NCBI GenBank assembly: GCA_951406725.2
Contig: OX597842.1
Span: forward strand, 12,958,001 to 13,022,000
Direction of reading: 5' to 3'
Length of the DNA: 64,000 bases
Origin: Octopus vulgaris
Lineage: Eukaryota
In this document: in pieces, positions 55,500 to 64,000 of the stretch
Layout: each line of letters opens with the position of its first letter
Position numbering within the stretch: the stretch's first letter is position 1
Made by a program: the position numbers and the translations under genes
Notes under the pieces: generated by a model
The model's database searches: none
What the model was told of the DNA's origin: nothing
What the model saw: the letters and a program-made list of their open reading frames with translations, nothing else

Positions 55500-55642
55500 T
55501 ACGACAGGCTTCTTTCACAAGGCATTGGTCGGCCCGGGACTATAGCAGAAGACACTTGCCCAAGATGCCACGCAGTGGGACTGAACCCGGAACCATGTGG
55601 TTGATTAGCAAGCTATTTACCACACAGCCACGCCTGCGCCTA
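55500..55642 (-). mobile_element. tRNA-derived SINE 5' part
   Basis: Matches the head of the 44536 SINE. Confidence 0.8.
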
Positions 55643-55662
55643 CATATGTATATGTATATAAG

Positions 55663-55706
<44 letters not shown>

Positions 55707-55967
55707 TTGTATATATATATATATATACATACATATATACATGTATATCTAAATATATATATATATGTGTGTGTGTGTAACTTTAGAAGTGAATAAAAGA
55801 AAAAGGAGAAGAAAAATGAAAAAGATGCTTCGATCGTTTTATTTGTAATGCTAATTAAAAGATGGAAAAGTACCAATATGAGTGTAAAAAGAACCGCCTC
55901 AACCAACAGAATAACCCCAAAATATCCGAAAAAGATATTCTGCATATATATATATATATATACATAC

Positions 55968-56006
55968 TTCCGGTTCCCCCAGAGAAAGACGTGTCTCGCC
56001 TTTGCT
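55968..56006 (-). CDS. 39-bp exon AKARHVFLWGNR(K) (probable signal cleavage A-K-A and mature N-terminus)
   Basis: ttttttttaacag acceptor, gtatgt donor, phase 2-2, open in the frame joining both neighbours. Confidence 0.65.
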
Positions 56007-56098
56007 CTGTTAAAAAAAACAGAAAAGTTTGCATAAATCGGCGAAATAGCCTACTGAAAGTCACAAAACGTAAAATTCAAATCATAATGTCCACTTAC

Positions 56099-56202
56099 AA
56101 CACATTGGTTAAAAATATATTAATCAAAAACGTAATATATTTTGCCTGAAGCCAAATACAGTAATTTTCTTTTCGCCGAAAACGCACATGGTGGACACTC
56201 AT
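56099..56202 (-). CDS. First coding exon (putative signal peptide) MSVHHVRFRRKENYCIWLQAKYITFLINIFLTNV(L)
   Basis: Acceptor ttccttcttacag at 56219-56220, in-frame TAA upstream of ATG 56202, hydrophobic stretch YITFLINIFLTNVL, donor gtaagt in phase 2 matching the next exon. Confidence 0.65.
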
Positions 56203-56320
56203 TGAATTAATTTATCTCCTGTAAGAAGGAAAAAGAAATATCTCTCCTGGAAAATAATTCCGTAAAGCACAAAAACCCAGACTACATCGTTGGAATAAGT
56301 ATCACCTTCATCTTCTATTT

Positions 56321-57628
56321 CATATTTTATCTATTATCTTATTTTATTTCCCTTAACTTAAGCTTGCAACTCAGTTAAAAGTTACGAAGGCCGTTTTTGT
56401 TTACATTCTCTCAATATCTGTTTCTCGTTTTTATACCTTATCCTCCTGAAATTGGATTTAGGATTAAAAAACCCTTTCTTTCTTCTCCACACTTTAATAT
56501 ATTTTATCATATTTTATCTATTATCTTATTTTATTTCCCTTAACTTAAGCTTGCAACTCCGTTAAAAGTTACGAAGGCCGTTTTTGTTTACATTCTCTCA
56601 ATATCTGTTTCTCGTTTTTATACCTTATCCTCCTGAAATTGGATTTAGGATTAAAAAACCCTTTCTTTCTTCTCCACACTTTAATATATTTTATCATATT
56701 TTATCTATTATCTTATTTTATTTCCCTTAACTTAAGCTTGCAACTCTGTTAAAAGTTACGAAGGCCGTTTTTGTTTACATTCTCTCAATATCTGTTTCTC
56801 GTTTTTATACCTTATCCTCCTGAAATTGGATTTAGGATTAAAAAACCCTTTCTTTCTTCTCCACACTTTAATATATTTTATCATATTTTATCTATTATCT
56901 TATTTTATTTCCCTTAACTTAAGCTTGCAACTCCGTTAAAAGTTACGAAGGCCGTTTTTGTTTACATTCTCTCAATATCTGTTTCTCGTTTTTATACCTT
57001 ATCCTCCTGAAATTGGATTTAGGATTAAAAAACCCTTTCTTTCTTCTCCACACTTTAATATATTTTATCATATTTTATCTATTATCTTATTTTATTTCCC
57101 TTAACTTAAGCTTGCAACTCTGTTAAAAGTTACAAAGGCCGTTTTTGTTTACATTCTCTCAATATCTGTTTCTCGTTTTTATACCTTATCCTCCTGAAAT
57201 TGGATTTAGGATTAAAAAACCCTTTCTTTCTTCTCCACACTTTAATATATTTTATCATATTTTATCTATTATCTTATTTTATTTCCCTTAACATAAGCTT
57301 GCAACTCTGTTAAAAGTTACGAAGGCCGTTTTTGTTTACATTCTCTCAATATCTGTTTCTCGTTTTTATACCTTATCCTCCTGAAATTGGATTTAGGATT
57401 AAAAAACCCTTTCTTTCTTCTCCACACTTTAATATATTTTATCATATTTTATCTATTATCTTATTTTATTTCCCTTAACTTAAGCTTGCAACTCCGTTAA
57501 AAGTTACGAAGGCCGTTTTTGTTTACATTCTCTCAATATCTGTTTCTCGTTTTTATACCTTATCCTCCTGAAAATTGGCTTCAGGATTAAAAAACCCTTT
57601 CTTTCTTCTCCACACTTTAATATATTTT
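56321..57628. repeat. 187-bp tandem array x7
   Basis: Unit starts at 56321, 56508, 56695, 56882, 57069, 57256, 57443; near-identical units. Confidence 0.95.
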
Positions 57629-58305
57629 CATTTTTTTTTCTCACTTTCTCTCCGTTTGTGCATATGTGTGTGTGTGTGCACGTGTATATGTATACGTATA
57701 TATGCATAGACGCGAACTTTAACAACAATCTTTAATAATTACTTCCTATTTCAGCCTTCCTGTTAAAAATTTTAAAAAAAAATTAAAAGTCTCTCTCCTT
57801 TTGTGCAAATCTCTCGCTTTTCTTAATCTTTCATTTCTATCTCAGTGTCGTAACCCCCTCTCTCCTCTCTTTAACAATCTTTCATTTTCTTAATCCCTCA
57901 TTTCTATTGCAGCTTTCGTAACCCCCCCTCTTTCTCCCTCTGTCTCTTTGCTTCTCTCTATCACACCATCTCTCTTCTTTCAGCCATTCAATCTTCCCTT
58001 GTCTCTTCACTTCTCCACTTCTCTCTGTCACAATCTTTCCTCTCTCACCTTCTCAATCTCTCTAAATATATAGTCGCATAAATATATATCTTCTTATCTT
58101 CTCTCAGCTCTCAATCTTTCCTCTCTCACCTTCTCAATTTCTCTAAATATATAGTCGCATAAATATATATCTTCTTATCTTCTCTCAGCTCTCATTCTCT
58201 CTAGGTGCACAGTCGCTTTCTTTCTCTGCTTCTTCTCTGCCCGCTGTCACACTATTGAGTTTTGAACATAATTAGATAGATAAATAAATAGATAGATTAT
58301 CCAAC

Positions 58306-61300
58306 ATGTCCAGAGCCTGGAGACCTGACGAACTGGCGTTGTTCGTACGAGCCTGGAAATGCGCCGACGGAGAAAACCCAAACAATGTGATTACGGCTGC
58401 GCTGAAGAGCGGCAACTACAAAAGGATGGTAGCTCAGATAGAGCGAAAGAAACAGGAATTCAAACGCTCCTATTCGCTTGTACGGTCGCACATTGGCACA
58501 CTTGATGCCATTTTTGAGAACGAGCAGGGCAAAGATGGCAAGGATGGAGACGATGAAAGAAGTCACCCCCACCTGGTGGACACCCGGGAAGGGGTTTTGA
58601 GTGAGAAACCTGCCCGGGAAGTGAACCCAAGTACAAATGCTCCTACCGGCAGCAAGGGCCATGGAGATGGAGAACCCAGGGAAGAAGTAGAGGGAGGAAG
58701 AACTAAAAGAAGGACTGAAAGAGCTAAAGGAAAAGCTCAAGCAGGACCAAAGGGTGAAACAGCAAGGAATAGAAGTGGAACCGCAAGGGATGGAAACAAA
58801 CAGCGCACACGGGTGTGTAGGTTCTATCTTAGAGGTACCTGCTGGCATGGAGAGGAAGGTGCAGGCTGCCGCTTTGCACATCGGGGACCCTGCCGCAGAG
58901 ACACGAAACGAAAACAGATAAAGAAACCATCAACACAAGGAAAAGGGATGGACCACGCACCACCTGCCCCAAAACGGAGGTACGCAGATGTGGTGCGTGC
59001 CACAAACCGCCAACATGATGTTGTTGAAAGGGCAGCTGCTGAGCAAGAAACTTTTTGTGCATGGCACAAAAGATTGTACAGCAGCTGACCTGGCTTCATC
59101 AAACCCAAGCTCACAGGTGGGACTACCCACAATATACAAGACCATCACAGCAAACAGACCCAAGATGGACACCGCCGGCAACAACATACACCTCACCTCG
59201 ATGCTCCTACTGAACATCAGAGGACTGCAAACACTCAGTAACAGGACAAAAATCACGTTCCTGAGAGACTTTGTCGCATGCAATCAAGCCTTATGCATAG
59301 CACTTACGGAAACGCACCTGAAACCGGACATAGCAGATGCGGAATTACACATACCACAGTATGTTGTACTACGGACCGACAGAAAAGAAAGGAGTCATGG
59401 AGGAGTTGCTATGTACATCCGTGAGGACCTCACACCCCAGGTCCTTTTGTCATACTCAAACTCGGTGTGTGACACACTAATTGTACACATAAGGCAACTC
59501 GATGTAGTTGTGTGTGCTACATATCGCCCTCCAGATGCCCCAAGCCATGTAGGCAAGTTTGAAGACTGCCTTATAAAAATAGAAGAAGTTCTAATCACAT
59601 TAGAACAACACATAAGTGTACTTCTCATGGGAGACTTCAATCTACCCAATGTCAGATGGCCTGAGGGCCTTTCTCTTCCAGGAATGACAAGATGTGAACG
59701 AGGACAGGCGAGGTCCCTCCTGAACCTCATCAACACCCTGTACATGGAGCAAGTAATACTCCAACCAACCAGGGCAGGTAACACACTGGATCTCTGCTTC
59801 ACAAATGACATGGATCTCATCCATAATGTGAAAGTGACACCGACACTACTCTCGGATCACGACATGGTAGAGCTGACCATGTACGGGACAAAAGAGAGCA
59901 CGGACATGCAGCCTACAAGAAACCCTCAGAATCTTTCCAGCTTGAACTACCATAAGGCAAACTGGAAACAAATTGAGAAAGAGATCCTCAAACAAAACTG
60001 GCCTAAATGTCTCTCCTTGCCAGACATCGACGTGAAACTTAAACAATTCATGTCTGTAATGCAAGCCATATGCTACAAATGTGTCCCAGAGAGAAAGGCC
60101 ACTTTACACAAGAACAAAATTCCCAGAGAGAGGAAAATTCTAATGAGACGGCGTACAAAAATTTCAAATCGCCTAAACAAACAGAATGAAAGCAGTGAAA
60201 AGTCCCGCCTAAAAATAAAACTGTTGGAAATTGAAAAATGTCTGCAACTCTCCCATGAAAAGGAAAGAGCAGACAAAGAAGCCTGGGCTATAGACAACAT
60301 AAAATCTAACCCCAGAGCTTTCTACATGTATGCCAAAGAGACAGCTACGATGCACTGTAGAATAGGGTCACTCCTTGAAAAGGATGGCACACTTACAGGA
60401 AAACCAATGACAGTAAGTGAAATACTGAATGAGGAATTCAAGAGTGTTTTCACTCCACGCCTTGGGCATCTCCAAATCACCAATCCAACTGACTTCTTTA
60501 CCACTGCAGATATAAAATCAGAGGCGGCGACGATAGATTACATCGATATAAAGGAAGACGATGTAATAAAGGCTATAGATGAAATGAAAACAGACTCAGC
60601 TACTGGCCCCGATGGATTCCCGGCAATCCTCCTAAAAGCATGTAAGAGAGTCCTAGCAAGACCACTGCAGTTCCTCTTTCAGAGCTTCCTTGCAGCTGGC
60701 AAACTTCCAAGAAAACTGAAGGAAGGTAAAATATGCCCCATTCATAAAGGAGGTAGCAGAGCGGAGGCCAAGAACTACAGACCTATCTCTCTGACCTCAC
60801 ACATCAGCAAGGTCATGGAACGAATAGTCAGAAGGAAACTGATCACCTTCCTTGAAGAAAATGACTTGCTGCCCGACACCCAACATGGTTCCGACCAGGG
60901 AGAAGCTGTTTAACTCAGCTCCTACAACACTATGACTGGGTGCTGAAACGGCTGCTCAACCACTCAGATGTGGAAGTGATATATCTCGACTTTGCAAAGG
61001 CCTTTGATAAAGTCGATCATGGAATGATATGTCACAAACTGCGTGATCTCAACATAGTTGGAAAACTGGGAGAATGGCTTCATGACTTTCTGAAAGATAG
61101 AAGTCAGGTGGTAGTAGCCACTTCCATTAACACTCAAATAGTGAGCGGTGTTCCGCAGGGCACTGTTCTGGGACCACTACTGTTCATAATGGCCCTCTCA
61201 GACATGCCCTCAGCCATACAGAGAGCCACGATCACAAGTTATGCAGATGATACAAAAGTTTCACAGGCAATACAGAACCCTGAGGACACTAAACGCCTGC

Positions 61301-62225
61301 AATGTTAGCTGGACAAAATATACAAGTGGGCTGAAAAGAATAGCATGCAGTTCAATGCTGAAAAGTTTCAAGCTTTATACTATCAGCATGCAAAACTAAA
61401 TGCAATACCCAATGAATACACTGGACCCGGAGGAATAGCAATCCCAGAGGCACAATCAGTGCGTGACCTGGGTATTTACATGAGTGATGACGCAACCTTT
61501 CGTGTACATGTTGCTAAATTGGCAATGAAATGTAGACGACTGGCCGGATGGATCCTCAGAACCTTTAGAACAAGAGAACAAGAAACCATGATGGTCCTCT
61601 GGAGGACACTTGTCCTAAGTCACTTTGACTATTGCTTTCAGTTATGGTCACCATCCAGTGTCAAGTTGATCACAGAACTTGAGGCGATCCAACGAAGCTA
61701 CACGAAGAAGATAGCCTCTATGCAGAATGTAAGCTACTGGGAAAGACTCAAGAGATTAAAACTATATTCCTTGGAGCGTAGGCGGGAAAGATATGCCATA
61801 ATATACATCTGGAAGATCCTGGAGGGACGTGTCCCAAACTTTGGCATCGAGAGTTACACAAATGCCAGAACTGGGCGCCACTGCGTGGTGCCTAGGACTC
61901 CAAATTTGCCATCAAGATGTAGGACAAGATACTGTGATAGCCTGGGGTTCCGAGGCCCACAGCTCTTCAATATCCTCCCGAAGAACCTGAGAGACCTGCA
62001 TGGGGTGGATGCAGATGTCTTTAAAATGAAACTGGATCTCTTCCTGTCAGGTGTCCCAGATGAACCAACTTCACGGCAGGAGGTGCAGATGAGGGCAGCT
62101 GCATCGAACTCTCTCATGCACCAAATGGCAGTTGCTAAAAAGCTTTCGTGAAGTAAAACCAAGTAGCAACACCAAATGGCGGTGCCCCAGCATGGCCACA
62201 GCTCATGAGCTGAAACTAGAATCAA
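58306..62225 (+). mobile_element. Near full-length CR1-group LINE (ORF1 with CCCH-type finger; ORF2 APE+RT, inactivated)
   Basis: ORF1 CRFYLRGTCWHG..CRFAH; ORF2 LNIRGL, TETHL, YRPP, GDFN, SDH, GPDG, NYRPISLTS, LDFAKAFDKV, SGVPQG, YADD; frameshift ~60890 and stop at 61306. Confidence 0.92.
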
Positions 62226-62262
62226 TCATAAGTTACGATATAACAATATTTAAGAATATTTT

Positions 62263-62425
62263 AGGCGCAGGAGTGGATGTGTGGTAAGTAGATTGCTTAC
62301 CTACTCCATGGTTCCAGGTTCAGTCCGACTGCGTGGCACCTTGGGCAAATGTCTTCTACTACAGCCTCGGGCCGACCATAGCTTTATGAGTGGATTTGGT
62401 AGACGGAAACTGAAAGAAGCCTGTC

Positions 62426-62473
<48 letters not shown>

Positions 62474-62616
62474 GAGTGATCTCAAGATTAATCAGCCGAA
62501 ATTGCGAGGATGATCCGGTTCTTGACTGAAGATTGAAGGCTTCGAATGTCCCGTCCGTGTTTTTTGTATCGTCTTCTAAATGTTTTGAGTTCTTGTCCCA
62601 GTTTGTATTTTTTTAC

Positions 62617-62682
<66 letters not shown>

Positions 62683-62722
62683 ACATGTATATATATATGC
62701 ATATACATATACATATATATAC

Positions 62723-62786
<64 letters not shown>

Positions 62787-63108
62787 TAGTATATGTTGTA
62801 TATCGGGCCGACCAATGCCTTGTGAGTGGATTTGGTAGACGGAAACTGAAAGAAGCCCGTCGTATATATATATGTATGTATATATGTTTGTGTGTCTGTA
62901 TTTGTCCCCCCAACATCGCTTGACAACCGATGCTTGTATGTTTACGTCCCCGTTACTTAGCGGTTCGGCAAAAGAGACCGATAGAATAAGGACTAGGCTT
63001 ACAAAGAATAAGTCCTGGGGTCGATTTGCTCGACTAAAGGCGGTGCTCCAGCATGGCCGCAGTCAAATGACTGAAAAAAGTAGAATAGTGAAAAGAGAGT
63101 AAAAGAGT
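62263..63108 (+). mobile_element. tRNA-derived SINE copies interrupted by (TA)n and a short insert
   Basis: Head at 62263, repeated body at ~62803, tail gtaaaagagta. Confidence 0.8.
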
Positions 63109-63344
63109 ACACCATTTAACAGATAATTAGTCAGGCTTAATTATTACAATAATAATTAACACTGTTATTGCCAACTTAATCAGTGAAACTTCATCACAGC
63201 GGAAAAACTAGAAAGGAAGAGAATGGAAACGGAAAAAGAGAGAGAAAATCGATAAACAAATCGATGCCACATGTTATGTCTCTGGAACTTTCCGACCGAC
63301 TAAAAGGTTGAGTCAAGCAATTAGCATAGGTGTATGATTTAGTT

Positions 63345-64000
63345 TGTTTGTTCCTTCTCGAGCCATGCCTGGCTCATAAGGGCCGGTTTCCCGGTTTCCG
63401 TGGCGTATAGGTTCCCCACTTTGACGGGACCCCGGTCCGTCGCAGGTGAGCTTCAAGATGCAGGAGGAAAAAGTGAGAGAAATTTGTGGCGAAAGAGTCA
63501 GCAGAAGTTTCGCCATTACCTTCTGCCGGAGCCGCGTGGAGTTTAGGTGTTTCGCTCACAAACACACATATCATCCGGTCTAAGATTCGAACCCGCGATC
63601 CCTCGACCGCGAGTCCGCTGCTCAAACCACTTGGAAGCACTCCGTCGGTTACGACGACGAGGGTTCCCGTTCATCCGATCAACGGAACAGCCTGCTCGTG
63701 AAATTAACGTGTATGTGGCTGATCACTCCACAGACACGTGTACCCTTAACGTAGTTCTCGGGGATATTAAGCGTGACACAGAGAGTGACAAGGCCGGTCC
63801 TTTGAAATACAGGTACAACAGAAACAGGAAGTAAGAGTGAGAGAAAGTTGTGGCGAAAGAGTCAGCAGAAGTTTCGCCATTACCTTCTGCCTGAGCCGCG
63901 TGGAGCTCAGGTGTTTCGCTCATAAAAACATACACATCGCCCGGTCTGAGATTCGAACTTGCGATCCCTCGACCGCGAGTCCGCTGCACTAACCACTAGG
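63345..64000 (-). mobile_element. Two adjacent tRNA-headed SINEs of another family
   Basis: On the - strand TAGTGGTTAG ... GTTCGAATC A/B boxes at ~63990 and ~63625; shared ~160-bp head, different 3' parts. Confidence 0.7.

Noticed and set aside
62470-62610. ctgaaga...gaa motif resembling a hammerhead
   Set aside because: No convincing GAAA/stem III/stem I arrangement
42516-62923. (YI)n ORFs
   Set aside because: (TA)n dinucleotide microsatellites
63935-64000. tRNA gene
   Set aside because: A/B boxes are present but continue into a repeated SINE body; treated as a SINE head

Overview
This is AT-rich metazoan DNA, probably an octopod cephalopod judging by SINE/LINE families I recognise (inference). 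The supplied ORF track is mostly microsatellite noise or retroelements and misses the main feature. That feature is a large minus-strand spliced gene that can be assembled by hand with GT/AG sites and matching intron phases. It starts with an ATG at 56202 (signal-peptide exon 56099-56218), continues through a 39-bp exon (55968-56006) and two exons encoding a Cys-rich EMI-like CCxGW domain (55263-55346, 42086-42162), and then runs into an array of 24 intact symmetric phase-1/1 EGF exons (mostly calcium-binding type, 117 or 120 bp) plus 3 LINE-truncated ones between 41351 and 590. The gene presumably continues past the left edge. Each EGF exon sits in a near-identical ~210-bp cassette, almost always with (ATT)n on the left and (ATC)n on the right. 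The array shows higher-order duplications, mosaic exons, one inverted ~1-kb (AAT)n tract, and strand-specific insertions of R4/Dong-like retroelements and a ~550-bp element into the (TAA)n tracts. The 13-kb intron and the upstream region hold a Penelope-like element and retrozyme-like repeats with hammerhead ribozymes, CR1-group, RTE and Tx1/L1 LINEs, mariner relics, a non-autonomous Helitron, tRNA-derived SINEs, and 140-bp and 187-bp tandem arrays. All coordinates and translations were read by eye.
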